A stretch of 64,000 nt of DNA, taken from an uncultured Gammaproteobacteria bacterium (lineage in GTDB: Bacteria > Patescibacteriota > Patescibacteriia > Magasanikbacterales > JBBTQS01). The stretch lies in contig OZ246400.1 in NCBI GenBank assembly GCA_965230935.1, forward strand, positions 848,864-912,863, given 5' to 3'. Shown here piece after piece: positions 11,560 through 21,258 of this stretch; positions within the stretch are counted from its first letter, which is position 1, and each line of letters opens with the position of its first letter. Under the pieces are notes generated by a model. That model did not search any database and was not told the DNA's origin. It was given only the letters and a program-made list of their open reading frames with translations. A program made the translations under genes and the position numbers.

Positions 11560-12093
11560 ATGTTGCAAGACCATTATCAACAAGCAGTAGTACCAAAGCT
11601 TAAAGAGCGTCTGAATAAGACGAACCTCTTTGCATTGCCAAAGTTGAAAAAAGTGGTCATCAACGTTGGTGTTGGTAAGCACACCAAGGACGAAGCATTT
11701 ATTGAGGCAGTAGAGAAGACATTAGCAGCAATTACTGGACAAAAGCCAGTACGCACCAAAGCACGATTGTCTATTTCAAACTTCAAGCTTCGTGAAGGGA
11801 TGATTGTTGGCGTCAAAGTCACGATTCGAGGAAAGCGCATGTACGACTTCGTTGAGAAGTTGCTTCGCGTGACCTTTCCTCGTGTGCGTGATTTTCGCGG
11901 CATTTCCAAAAAGGGATTTGATCGCCAAGGGAATTATACAATCGGCTTTCGTGAGCAGATTGCTTTTCCTGAGGTATCCCCTGAAGAGGCAACTCATAGT
12001 CATGGGTTAGAAGTGACCGTGGTTACTACTGCACGAAATCAAGAAGAAGCGCAGGTTCTTTTGGAAGAACTTGGCTTCCCATTTAAGCAATAA
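11560..12093 (+). CDS. rplE: 50S ribosomal protein L5
   Basis: 177 aa with conserved L5 motifs. Confidence 0.97.
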   Translation: MLQDHYQQAVVPKLKERLNKTNLFALPKLKKVVINVGVGKHTKDEAFIEAVEKTLAAITGQKPVRTKARLSISNFKLREGMIVGVKVTIRGKRMYDFVEKLLRVTFPRVRDFRGISKKGFDRQGNYTIGFREQIAFPEVSPEEATHSHGLEVTVVTTARNQEEAQVLLEELGFPFKQ

Positions 12094-12100
12094 ACACAAT

Positions 12101-12286
12101 ATGGCATCAAGCGCACACATTGCGAAAGTCAAGAAGCAGCCAAAGTTTAGCTGTCGTCGTTTGAATCGATGTTTCCACTGTGGTCGAAAGAAGGGCTACA
12201 TGCGCGACTTTGATTTGTGCCGTATTTGTTTTCGTGAATTCGCCAACGCCGGGTTGCTTCCTGGTGTTCGTAAGTCAAGCTGGTAA
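12101..12286 (+). CDS. rpsZ: 30S ribosomal protein S14, type Z (zinc-binding, 61 aa)
   Basis: CxxC...CxxC zinc motif ([26 protein letters not shown]). Confidence 0.92.
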   Translation: MASSAHIAKVKKQPKFSCRRLNRCFHCGRKKGYMRDFDLCRICFREFANAGLLPGVRKSSW

Positions 12287-12287
12287 T

Positions 12288-12677
12288 ATGCATACCGATC
12301 CTATTGCAGACATGTTAACTCGCATTCGAAATGCGGCCCGTGTAAAAAAGGGTGAACTTTTGGTGCCATATTCTCGAATGAAATTTGGTTTGGCGAAGAT
12401 TTTAGAGCGTGAAGGCTATATTCTTTCTGCAGAAAAAGTTGAAGAAGCACGAGCACAGATTCGCATTCGTTTGAAATATCAAGGTGATCGTAGTGTGATC
12501 AGTCAGATTACCCGCATTAGTAAACCTGGTCACCGTAAGTATGCTGGAAAAGATGAGTTGCCAGTGGTGCGTAACAACTATGGTATTACGGTTGTTTCTA
12601 CATCAAAGGGTGTGATGACGAATAAAGAAGCACGAAAGGCAGGAGTTGGTGGTGAGGTGTTATTCATGGTCTATTAA
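12288..12677 (+). CDS. rpsH: 30S ribosomal protein S8
   Basis: MHTDPIADMLTRIRNA N-terminus. Confidence 0.95.
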   Translation: MHTDPIADMLTRIRNAARVKKGELLVPYSRMKFGLAKILEREGYILSAEKVEEARAQIRIRLKYQGDRSVISQITRISKPGHRKYAGKDELPVVRNNYGITVVSTSKGVMTNKEARKAGVGGEVLFMVY

Positions 12678-12678
12678 T

Positions 12679-13224
12679 ATGTCACGTATTGGAAAGCAAC
12701 AATTGAGTATCCCAACAGATGTTACCGTGACGGTGGCCAGTGATGTCATTACGGTAAAAGGACCAAAAGGACAACTGCAGCAAGCGGTACATCCTGCAGT
12801 GACTATTACGGTTGCCGATAATACCGCTCAAGTGAATGTTGCTCATCCTGACAAAAAAGATGAACGATCATTGTGGGGACTTTATGCCAGTTTGCTTAAG
12901 AATATGATCCAAGGGGTAAGTCAGGGATTTGAACGTAAGCTCGAGATCAATGGAGTGGGGTATAAAGTTGCGCAACAAGGCAATGGACTCAAACTTGATT
13001 TGGGATTTTCTCACTCTATTCAGTTTGACTTACCAGAAGGAGTGCAAGCGCAAGTAGAGAAGAATACCATCACCATCTCTGGTATTGATAAACAACAAGT
13101 TGGTCAGGTCGCAGCTGATATTCGTAAATTACGAAAGCCAGAACCCTATAAAGGTAAAGGAATTAAGTATGACGATGAAATTATTCGTCGTAAGGCCGGT
13201 AAAGCAGCTAAGGCTGCTGCCTAA
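12679..13224 (+). CDS. rplF: 50S ribosomal protein L6
   Basis: MSRIGKQQLSIP N-terminus. Confidence 0.95.
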   Translation: MSRIGKQQLSIPTDVTVTVASDVITVKGPKGQLQQAVHPAVTITVADNTAQVNVAHPDKKDERSLWGLYASLLKNMIQGVSQGFERKLEINGVGYKVAQQGNGLKLDLGFSHSIQFDLPEGVQAQVEKNTITISGIDKQQVGQVAADIRKLRKPEPYKGKGIKYDDEIIRRKAGKAAKAAA

Positions 13225-13227
13225 TCA

Positions 13228-13605
13228 ATGTATATGAAAAGCGCTACTGCTCAAAAACAAGAAAAACGCATGCGCCGACACCGTCGTGTCCGGGCGAAGG
13301 TTTCTGGTACTGCTACTCGACCGCGATTGAATGTGTACCGTGGGTTGACTACGGTGTATGTGCAGTTGATTGACGATATTTCTGGCAAAACTATTGCTTC
13401 GGTACATACCAAAAAGATTGCAAAAGCAGATGCTGGGGAACGAACCGGCAAAGTAGCATTGGCATATACTGCAGGAAAGCAAATTGCTGAGCTTGCAAAA
13501 GCGGCAGGAATTACCGAGTGTGTGTTTGATCGCGGAGGATTTCGATATCATGGTCGGGTAAAAGCAGTAGCAGAAGGTGCACGCGAAGGCGGGCTTACAT
13601 TCTAA
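13228..13605 (+). CDS. rplR: 50S ribosomal protein L18
   Basis: Basic N-terminus and a conserved C-terminus. Confidence 0.93.
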   Translation: MYMKSATAQKQEKRMRRHRRVRAKVSGTATRPRLNVYRGLTTVYVQLIDDISGKTIASVHTKKIAKADAGERTGKVALAYTAGKQIAELAKAAGITECVFDRGGFRYHGRVKAVAEGAREGGLTF

Positions 13606-13610
13606 ATACT

Positions 13611-14255
13611 ATGGAAGAAGAGCAAAAAACAACTCAAACGAAAGACGCGGCAAAGACTCCAGCGACTTCACCATCATCAGCCACAGATGTCGCAAAGAAG
13701 GCGCCGACACAGCGTGCTGGATCATCAAGAGGTGGTGCGCGTGGCGGACAACGTGGTGGTGGACGAGATCGTCGCCCACGTCGGGGTGGTCGTCGTCCAG
13801 AACGAGAAAAGCCTGAATTTGATCAGACTATTGTTGAACTTGCGCGGGTAACGCGTGTGACCAAGGGTGGTAAGCGTTTGCGTTTTCGATGTTGTTTGGT
13901 AATTGGTGATCGTAAAGGTCGTGTAGGATATGGTGTTGCCAAGGGAGCTGATGTGCAGATCGCCGTTGAAAAAGCATATCGTCAGGCCAAGAAAAATATG
14001 ATCACTGTACCACTAGTGAATGGCACTATTCCATTTGATATTACAGCAAAGTCCACTTCAGCTAAAGTCATGTTAAAGCCGGCGCCAAAAGGTTCGGGAG
14101 TGATTGCTGGTGGTGCGTTGCGAACCGTATTTGAATATGCCGGTATCCCAAATATTTCTAGCAAAATCATGGGATCAAAAAACAAAATCAATAATATTAA
14201 AGCGACGTTTGTAGCATTCGAAGAACTTTCCTCAATGCTTAAACATCGCAAATAA
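13611..14255 (+). CDS. rpsE: 30S ribosomal protein S5, with an Arg/Gly-rich N-terminal extension
   Basis: S5 core (RVTKGGKRLRF) preceded by an RGG-rich stretch. Confidence 0.93.
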   Translation: MEEEQKTTQTKDAAKTPATSPSSATDVAKKAPTQRAGSSRGGARGGQRGGGRDRRPRRGGRRPEREKPEFDQTIVELARVTRVTKGGKRLRFRCCLVIGDRKGRVGYGVAKGADVQIAVEKAYRQAKKNMITVPLVNGTIPFDITAKSTSAKVMLKPAPKGSGVIAGGALRTVFEYAGIPNISSKIMGSKNKINNIKATFVAFEELSSMLKHRK

Positions 14256-14260
14256 GGCTT

Positions 14261-14701
14261 ATGAGTACTACTGGCCACACACTTAAAAAGAACACGCAGG
14301 CACGATCATCTCGTCGCCGTCTTGGTCGTGGAAACGCAAGCCATGGAAACTATAGTGGTCGTGGGATGAAAGGACAACGTTCTCGTTCTGGCGGAAAGTC
14401 AGGTTTGGCACGTCGGTCATTTATGCGTAATCTACGCAATATTCCAAAACATGGTGGGTTTACCAGTCCGCATGGGAAAGCAGCAACCGTCACGCTTGGC
14501 ATGATCAATACCCATTTTGCTGATGGTGATGTTGTGGCGCCACACACATTGCTTAAGAAACAAGTCATTGCTACAATCAAGTCAGGTGTTAAAATCGTCA
14601 GCAAGGGTGAATTGAGTAAGAAGGTTACGGTTAAAGGGTGTAAGACGTCGGCTCAAGCAAAGGCAGCCATTGAAAAAGCTGGTGGCACCATTGTCGCATA
14701 A
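14261..14701 (+). CDS. rplO: 50S ribosomal protein L15 (no L30 gene precedes it)
   Basis: L15 sequence. The S5-L15 gap is only 5 bp, so rpmD is absent. Confidence 0.95.
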   Translation: MSTTGHTLKKNTQARSSRRRLGRGNASHGNYSGRGMKGQRSRSGGKSGLARRSFMRNLRNIPKHGGFTSPHGKAATVTLGMINTHFADGDVVAPHTLLKKQVIATIKSGVKIVSKGELSKKVTVKGCKTSAQAKAAIEKAGGTIVA

Positions 14702-14734
14702 GCGCAGTAAGCGTTTGCGCGTATTCAATTTGGT

Positions 14735-16009
14735 ATGGATAAGTTGAAAAAGATTTTTCAAATTAAAGATGTGCGACGAAGCATTCTCTATGTGATTGGG
14801 ATGCTTATTCTTTTTCGATTATTGGCAAATATTCCAGTTCCAGGTGTTGATGTGCAAAACCTCAACGCGTTCTTTAGTAGTAACCAGATTTTCGGTGTGC
14901 TCAATGTATTCTCTGGTGGGACGCTGGAGAGTTTTTCTGTAGTGATGCTTGGTGTTGGTCCGTATATCACCTCTTCAATTATTTTTCAACTTCTCGCGAT
15001 GGTTGTGCCACGACTTGAGGAGTTACAAAAAGAAGGAGAGTACGGGCAGAAAAAGATCAATCAGTACACTCGAATTGTCAGCATTCCGTTGGCTGCTATT
15101 CAAGCATATGGGTTTGTAACGTTGTTGCGACAACAAACCCATTTAAACATCTTTCCGAATCTCACCGGCTTTCAACTTTTGACTATTATTGTGACCGCGA
15201 CCGCCGGAACCACCTTTTTGATGTGGATGGGTGAGCTGATCTCAGAGAAGCGTGTTGGTAATGGTATTTCGTTGTTGATTTTTGCTGCTATTGTGGCGAG
15301 TTTTCCAACTTCAGTCCGAAACGTGATTGCCACATTTGATGCCACACAAATCCCAATGCTTATTGGTATCGCGATTTTGGCAATCGTAACCATTGTGGGA
15401 GTTATCTTTGTCACTGAAGGACAGCGTAATGTGCCGATCTCTTATGCTCGCGCTACCGGTGGTGGTCGGGTAAGTGGCGGGGTACAATCCTCGCTCCCTC
15501 TGCGAGTAAACATGGCCGGAGTCATCCCAATTATTTTTGCCATCTCATTGGTCCTCTTTCCACCACTTATTGCACAGTTTTTTGTACGAGCCAGAACGGA
15601 GTGGATCGCTGATTTTGCCAACTGGGTTATTCAGATTTTCCAAAATCAACTCTTTTACGGCATTGTCTACTTTGTTTTGGTATTTGTCTTCACCTATTTT
15701 TATACTTCAGTAGTAGTGCATCCGGATCGCATGTCAGAAAACCTCCAAAAACAAGGCGCATTTATTCCTGGGATTCGCCCAGGGACACAGACAGAAAAGT
15801 ACTTGCACAAAGTAATCACTCGCATTACATTTGTCGGTGCTACGTTTTTGGCTGCAATCGCGGTGTTACCGCTGGTTGTGCAATTCTTCACCAATACCAA
15901 CACATTGCTTATTGGTGGTATGAGCTTGCTGATCGTCGTGAGTGTTGCCATTGAATCATGGAAACAAATTGATGCGCAGATCACCATGCGTAGTTACGAT
16001 AATGTTTAG
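14735..16009 (+). CDS. secY: Preprotein translocase SecY
   Basis: 424 aa with 10 transmembrane segments and conserved SecY motifs. Confidence 0.95.
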   Translation: MDKLKKIFQIKDVRRSILYVIGMLILFRLLANIPVPGVDVQNLNAFFSSNQIFGVLNVFSGGTLESFSVVMLGVGPYITSSIIFQLLAMVVPRLEELQKEGEYGQKKINQYTRIVSIPLAAIQAYGFVTLLRQQTHLNIFPNLTGFQLLTIIVTATAGTTFLMWMGELISEKRVGNGISLLIFAAIVASFPTSVRNVIATFDATQIPMLIGIAILAIVTIVGVIFVTEGQRNVPISYARATGGGRVSGGVQSSLPLRVNMAGVIPIIFAISLVLFPPLIAQFFVRARTEWIADFANWVIQIFQNQLFYGIVYFVLVFVFTYFYTSVVVHPDRMSENLQKQGAFIPGIRPGTQTEKYLHKVITRITFVGATFLAAIAVLPLVVQFFTNTNTLLIGGMSLLIVVSVAIESWKQIDAQITMRSYDNV

Positions 16010-16011
16010 CT

Positions 16012-16383
16012 ATGGGTATTTTCTTTGATCAGCTGTTAGGTCGATCAACAAACAAACGAGGGAATCAAGAGGGGGATGGTGGCCACCAAGATTTTGAAAA
16101 TTCAGAAAGAGCATACGAAGCTATCGCGCGTATGATCAAGGCTCGATTTGGACCGGGAAAGCCCTTCAAAGCCCTGAATACTACTCGTGAGTGTGAGGCA
16201 TTAGCCAAAGAAGTCGCTGGGGGATTGCTCCGTAATGGTAATATTCATGAGATTCGCCGTAATGAAAAAAATCGTAAAGAATTTTTGAAAGACCTGGCGG
16301 AAAAGTACAACTTTACTCCACGTCATGCAGTGAAGTTTCGAGATGCAGTGCTCGCAGTATTTCCAAATCGTAAAGGAAAGTAA
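16012..16383 (+). CDS. Hypothetical 123-aa basic protein inserted between secY and adk
   Basis: The ORF is translationally coupled (2-bp gap after the secY stop). I recognise no domain. Confidence 0.45.
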   Translation: MGIFFDQLLGRSTNKRGNQEGDGGHQDFENSERAYEAIARMIKARFGPGKPFKALNTTRECEALAKEVAGGLLRNGNIHEIRRNEKNRKEFLKDLAEKYNFTPRHAVKFRDAVLAVFPNRKGK

Positions 16384-16386
16384 GGT

Positions 16387-17013
16387 ATGCATCGTATTGT
16401 GTTGATTGGGCCGCAAGGGAGCGGCAAAGGGACGCAGGGAGAGTTACTCGCTGCGCATTTTTCTATTCCTACCATCTCTCTTGGCTCGTTGTATCGTGCC
16501 CATATTAAAGCGCAGAGTGAGACTGGAAAGAAGATCAAGTCGTATGTTGAGTCAGGAGCACTTGTTCCTGATGACATTGGTAAAGAAGTTATGCGAGAGC
16601 GCGTAGCGCAAGATGATGCAAAACCAGGATTTATTCTTGATGGATACCCGCGCAACGCCAAGCAATGCGCTGATCTTGAGGAGTTTGCTACAATAGATGC
16701 GGTGTTGGTAATCGGTATTTCTGATGAAGAAGCAGTAAAGCGAATTTCTGGCCGTCGACAATGTTCTCAAGGGCATATTTACCATGTGACGTTTAATCCT
16801 CCGCAGCAAGAGGGAGTTTGTGATCATGATGGTGAGCAATTGTACCAGCGCGACGACGACACCAAAGAAGCGGTACAAAAACGTTTGGCAATTTATCATG
16901 CTGAGACCGAACCAATTATTCAACATTATCGTGATCAAGGAATCGTCCACGACATTGATGGTGCGCAATCAGTTCAGGATGTTCAACAGTCTATTGTAGA
17001 TGTATTGCGATGA
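16387..17013 (+). CDS. adk: Adenylate kinase
   Basis: P-loop GPQGSGKGTQ; the LID region has a variant Cys/His/Cys/Asp tetrad. Confidence 0.95.
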   Translation: MHRIVLIGPQGSGKGTQGELLAAHFSIPTISLGSLYRAHIKAQSETGKKIKSYVESGALVPDDIGKEVMRERVAQDDAKPGFILDGYPRNAKQCADLEEFATIDAVLVIGISDEEAVKRISGRRQCSQGHIYHVTFNPPQQEGVCDHDGEQLYQRDDDTKEAVQKRLAIYHAETEPIIQHYRDQGIVHDIDGAQSVQDVQQSIVDVLR

Positions 17014-17057
17014 GTAAGGAAACATGGTAGCATAGAAACAATTAATCATACCTCTTT

Positions 17058-17444
17058 ATGAAAAAGGTCAAGACACAGACAAGTGTGGTGGCAGCAGTGG
17101 CAGTAGCATTGTTGGTAGTTTTTGGAGCTGGTTTAGCAGCGTATGCCGCAGGATTTTTGCCGCAAAGCACCTATGATCGTTTGCGTGAGCGTCGATTAGA
17201 ACAATATAGTCAAGAACATAAACAAAAACAGGAGTGGCTCAAGAAAAAGGCAGAAGCAAAGTATCAATTAGATCGTCGTCGTCGATTGTGGTACGGCCAA
17301 AAAGGTGGCGGTGGAAGCGCGGGATATGATACACCGGGGTACGACACTCCTGGTTACGAAACACCGGGGTACGAGACGCCAGGGTATGACACTCCAGGAT
17401 ATGATACACCCGGTTACGAAACACCGGGGTATCAGTTTCCCTAG
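17058..17444 (+). CDS. Small secreted or membrane-anchored protein with 8 C-terminal TPGY[DE] pentapeptide repeats
   Basis: N-terminal hydrophobic segment, then a coiled/basic stretch, then GYDTPGYDTPGYETPGYETPGYDTPGYDTPGYETPGYQFP. Confidence 0.6.
   Translation: MKKVKTQTSVVAAVAVALLVVFGAGLAAYAAGFLPQSTYDRLRERRLEQYSQEHKQKQEWLKKKAEAKYQLDRRRRLWYGQKGGGGSAGYDTPGYDTPGYETPGYETPGYDTPGYDTPGYETPGYQFP
17322..17441 (+). repeat. Imperfect 15-bp tandem DNA repeats encoding the TPGY[DE] pentapeptides
   Basis: Read directly from the sequence. Confidence 0.6.
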
Positions 17445-17453
17445 TCGCTGATT

Positions 17454-19454
17454 TTGAATTACATAGTTATGACGTGTAAAAAACACTGGGTATTTACCGG
17501 TGTTTTTTCATGGTGCGCGTTGGTGCTGATTTCAAGTATTCTATATATTGTTGCGGGAATCACCATACTCTCCACAATTGTGGTGCTGATTCTTGTGGCA
17601 TGGTTGGTGAGGATATGGTGTAAAAAAATCAGTGGCATACAGAATCGTTTTGTGGGTGAGCCAACGGTCATTCCTTGGATTCCATCATCAACACGTGCGT
17701 TATTTTTTACCGTACTTGTGATTGGACTTGATGGATTACTGGTCGCATTGTTGTATTTATCACGTGAGACCTTTGCATTACACTCCCCGTGGGAAATTGT
17801 CAGCTCATTTCATTTTATTGTGTTTGGTTTCACTACATTTGTACTTCTCCTTTTGAGTTTTAAAACACAAAGTCGATTGCTCTATAGTGCAATTGGTTTT
17901 CATAGTGCCTTGGTATTTGGTACTGCAGTATTTGCGTTTCCCTTTGGGTTTGGATTCGATCCACTGATCCATCAGGCTGCAGAACTTTATATTGCTGAAC
18001 ATGGAAAAATTTTACCTCTCCAGCCATTTTATATCGGTCAATACGCACTTGTTGGTGTAGTGCATGTGCTGAGCCGAGTATCTATCATCGGTATTGATCA
18101 GTGGTTATTACCAGTATTGGCAACTTTCTCAATCCCAGCGGTTGGCATGGTCAGCCTTCGGTATGTTTGGAAATTGCCCCACGCAGTCTCCCAAGCAAGT
18201 ATGGTGGCATTACCATTGCTGTTAGTTATGGGATTAACCTTTACCGTGCCGTTTAATCTTACGTTGGTCTATTTGGTGTGGTGGCTATTTTTGTTGCCGT
18301 TGATACAAGAGTCGGGTTGGCGGGGATCACTTTTGCTTTGGATGATTGTTCTAACAACACTCATTACCCACCCGCTCCTTGGAATGGGGATGCTATTTGC
18401 CACTGGGGGTGCTCAATTGCTTTATCGAATGTCTTCGCGCAAACGCAGTGTACGTTATTCTTGGCTACGTATGATAGCATTTGCGTTGCTTATTGGCATA
18501 GGTACCTTGGCCATGTTTGGTCTATATCGAGTTCTTCAAGGTGAATCGTTTGTACATACATGGATGTTTTGGGAGCACCTCGGTCGTTTTTGGTGGTTGT
18601 TTGGTTTTCCATATGAAGTACATCATGTCTCAGTTGGATATCAACTATTATATTATGCTGGATATGGGTTGTTGTATGGCACAATTATATTTGCGCTAGT
18701 GGCAATGGTGCGGTATACACGTGTGGTTTTATGGGTTCGTCAAACTATCTTAATGCTAGTGCTTGGCACGGTATTGAGTGCAATGTTGCTGAGCACTATG
18801 ATTACGATTCCAGGTGTGATTCATTATGAACAATTCGAATTTGTTGCCCGTTTGCGCAATGCCTTGCATGTCATGGTATTTCCAATGGTGGTTATCCCAA
18901 TCATGTATGCAATGTATAAACTCAAAGAAAAGGGCCAGGGCAGGAGAGTGGTAGCTAGTGTGCTATTGGCCGGAGTGATCACGCTCGGCTACTATTGGAT
19001 GTATCCGCAACACAATGATGTGCAATTTCGGAGTGGCTGGAATGTAGCAGCTCATGATATTGAGACGGTTCAAGTGATTGAACATCACGCACAAGAGCAT
19101 TCATATGCAGTACTCAGCGATCAGCTTATTGCTGCTGTTGGTCTGCGAGAGTTTGGATTTGAAAATACCGTTCCTACTATTGATCATCAACCAGCACACC
19201 GGTATGCAATTTCTCCAAAAGAGGTGTTGCATCCGTTTGCACAGCAAATGCTCTATGCGCGGCTCGCCCAAGACACCCTAGAGCAGGTATTTGCTGCAGT
19301 CGCAATCGATCGGTTGTATGTCGCAATCCATGAGTATTGGTTTCGATTGGATAATATTGCTCAAGAAGCTGTCTTACTTGGCGGCACACAGCTTAAGAGC
19401 CCATATGGAGTACAAGTATTCTATTGGGACATAAACCATGGACAAGAAAAGTAA
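17454..19454 (+). CDS. Large polytopic membrane protein (at least 12 TMS) with a roughly 200-aa C-terminal soluble domain; possibly a GT-C-type glycosyltransferase (speculative)
   Basis: 666 aa and very hydrophobic. It is inserted between adk and map. Confidence 0.55.
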   Translation: MNYIVMTCKKHWVFTGVFSWCALVLISSILYIVAGITILSTIVVLILVAWLVRIWCKKISGIQNRFVGEPTVIPWIPSSTRALFFTVLVIGLDGLLVALLYLSRETFALHSPWEIVSSFHFIVFGFTTFVLLLLSFKTQSRLLYSAIGFHSALVFGTAVFAFPFGFGFDPLIHQAAELYIAEHGKILPLQPFYIGQYALVGVVHVLSRVSIIGIDQWLLPVLATFSIPAVGMVSLRYVWKLPHAVSQASMVALPLLLVMGLTFTVPFNLTLVYLVWWLFLLPLIQESGWRGSLLLWMIVLTTLITHPLLGMGMLFATGGAQLLYRMSSRKRSVRYSWLRMIAFALLIGIGTLAMFGLYRVLQGESFVHTWMFWEHLGRFWWLFGFPYEVHHVSVGYQLLYYAGYGLLYGTIIFALVAMVRYTRVVLWVRQTILMLVLGTVLSAMLLSTMITIPGVIHYEQFEFVARLRNALHVMVFPMVVIPIMYAMYKLKEKGQGRRVVASVLLAGVITLGYYWMYPQHNDVQFRSGWNVAAHDIETVQVIEHHAQEHSYAVLSDQLIAAVGLREFGFENTVPTIDHQPAHRYAISPKEVLHPFAQQMLYARLAQDTLEQVFAAVAIDRLYVAIHEYWFRLDNIAQEAVLLGGTQLKSPYGVQVFYWDINHGQEK

Positions 19455-19474
19455 AATCAGCTAGGGTAGAGTAT

Positions 19475-20272
19475 ATGGTTAAAGATCAAGAAGCAATTAC
19501 ACAGATTAAAGAGAATGGTGCATTGCTTGGCGCCATTGTTGATGAGTTGATCGCTCATGCTCAGCCGGGTATTACCACACAAGAACTCGATGCCTTGGCT
19601 GAGAAACGTATCAAAGAAGTTGGCGGCTTGCCGGCCTTTAAGGGGTACAAACCCACCTGGTCACATAATGGTTTTGCTGGGACAATTTGTGCATCGATCA
19701 ATCAAGAGGTGGTTCATGGTGTGCCATCTTCTCGAGTTCTTAAATCAGGTGATTTACTTGGTATTGATATTGGGATGCAATGGCCGCATACCAAAGCTAA
19801 AAAAGGATACTTCACTGATACCGCAGTTACGTTCGCGGTGGGCAGGGCTGATTCCACTGAGCATCAACAACTCCTTGATCGTACGCAACAGGCACTGCAT
19901 CGTGCAATAAAAGTGGCACGTCCTGGAAACAGTGTTGCTGATATTGGACGAGCGGTAGAGGAATTCATTACTCCATTTGGGTATGGAATTGTTACCTCAT
20001 TGGTTGGTCATGGTGTAGGGTATTCGATTCACGAAGAGCCTAACATCCCAAACGTGTATCGTGAGCAAAATGAGTCAATCAAGTTGGTTCCGGGAATGGT
20101 GGTGGCGCTCGAGCCAATGATCACACTTGGATCAGGAGATGTGGCTACTGCTGAAGATGGTTGGACAATTGAGACTATTGACCATAGTTATGCCGCTCAT
20201 TTTGAGCACACGATTGTGATTGAAGATCGTGGCGAACCACACATTGTAACCAGGCGTCCATCAGAAAAATAA
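19475..20272 (+). CDS. map: Methionine aminopeptidase type I
   Basis: Pita-bread fold metal ligands (D..D..H..E..E). The ATG at 19475 is preferred over the upstream alternative start. Confidence 0.93.
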   Translation: MVKDQEAITQIKENGALLGAIVDELIAHAQPGITTQELDALAEKRIKEVGGLPAFKGYKPTWSHNGFAGTICASINQEVVHGVPSSRVLKSGDLLGIDIGMQWPHTKAKKGYFTDTAVTFAVGRADSTEHQQLLDRTQQALHRAIKVARPGNSVADIGRAVEEFITPFGYGIVTSLVGHGVGYSIHEEPNIPNVYREQNESIKLVPGMVVALEPMITLGSGDVATAEDGWTIETIDHSYAAHFEHTIVIEDRGEPHIVTRRPSEK

Positions 20273-20273
20273 T

Positions 20274-20657
20274 ATGGCAGTTTTGGGTATTGATTATGGT
20301 GATAAGCATGTTGGACTTGCGTATCGCGCAGATGATGTTGATGTTGTAGTGCCGTTTGGTACACTTGAGCGTCATGATGACGCAACACTTGGTCAAGAGA
20401 TTTATCAATTGGTTGCTGCTGAAGATATCACTGCAGTTGTGGTTGGCATGCCGGTACATACGAGTGGTCGCGTGAGTGAACAAAGTCAAAAGACCACTCA
20501 GTTTATCGAGCAGCTCCAACAGATAATTACTATTCCGATCCACACGGTCTCTGAAGTGCTTACCAGTAAGGCGGCAGCAGACATGCCATATCCCCAAGCA
20601 AGTATTCATGAGAAGTCCGCACTGTTGATTTTACAAGAGTGGTTGGCCAATCAATAA
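20274..20657 (+). CDS. ruvX: Holliday-junction resolvase-like YqgF/RuvX (pre-16S rRNA nuclease)
   Basis: LGIDYGDKHVGLA N-terminus. Confidence 0.9.
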   Translation: MAVLGIDYGDKHVGLAYRADDVDVVVPFGTLERHDDATLGQEIYQLVAAEDITAVVVGMPVHTSGRVSEQSQKTTQFIEQLQQIITIPIHTVSEVLTSKAAADMPYPQASIHEKSALLILQEWLANQ

Positions 20658-20659
20658 GT

Positions 20660-21196
20660 ATGTCAACACTCATTACCACTCAGGCCATAATATTGCATGG
20701 TGATTATTTTCGCGAAAAAGACTTTCGCGTGAGTTTTCTAAGTCGTGATGTTGGTCTTCATGACGCCATTGCGATTGGTGCTAAAAAGTCAGTGAGTAAA
20801 CAGCGTGCGCGACTGGAGAGTGGCACAATCACCGAACTTGCGTTTGCCAAAGGAAGACGATTTGATCGCATTACTACTTCAGAACCGTTGGTGGTGCCAA
20901 ATCATATTCGTGTATCATTACCAAAGCTGACCGCGCTTCAATTTTTGAGCGCAAGTATTTTGAATACTACACGACGAGGCGAACCAATGCCGGAGTTGTA
21001 TCTCTTTTGCGCAAAAGCAATATTAGCACTAGAAAAACTTTCAGAAACTGACGTGCCCGGGTGGTGTGATTTGGTAGCAAAAAAAATTATTGAGCATGCT
21101 GGATTTGCACCAACTGCAAATGCACCATTGCGATCCCAAATGGAGTTCTTTTTTGAAAAACCAATGCGTGCTTGGGACGTGTTGCAGGTGGTATAA
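20660..21196 (+). CDS. recO: RecO-like recombination mediator (short form)
   Basis: N-terminal OB-fold pattern AIILHGDYFREKDFRVSFLSRDVGLHDAIAIGAKK resembles RecO. It is only about 179 aa and has no obvious zinc finger. Confidence 0.5.
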   Translation: MSTLITTQAIILHGDYFREKDFRVSFLSRDVGLHDAIAIGAKKSVSKQRARLESGTITELAFAKGRRFDRITTSEPLVVPNHIRVSLPKLTALQFLSASILNTTRRGEPMPELYLFCAKAILALEKLSETDVPGWCDLVAKKIIEHAGFAPTANAPLRSQMEFFFEKPMRAWDVLQVV

Positions 21197-21258
21197 AAAA
21201 GTAGAGAGCCCGACAGCAATGTTTACACATTCACAAACTTTTGGTAGACTGATCTCGT

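Noticed and set aside
16830-16870. Considered flagging the adenylate kinase LID Cys-x7-His ... Cys-x2-Asp tetrad as a novel metal site.
   Set aside because: Cys/Asp and His variants of the AK LID zinc site are known in Gram-positive-type adenylate kinases, so it is not distinctive enough to report.
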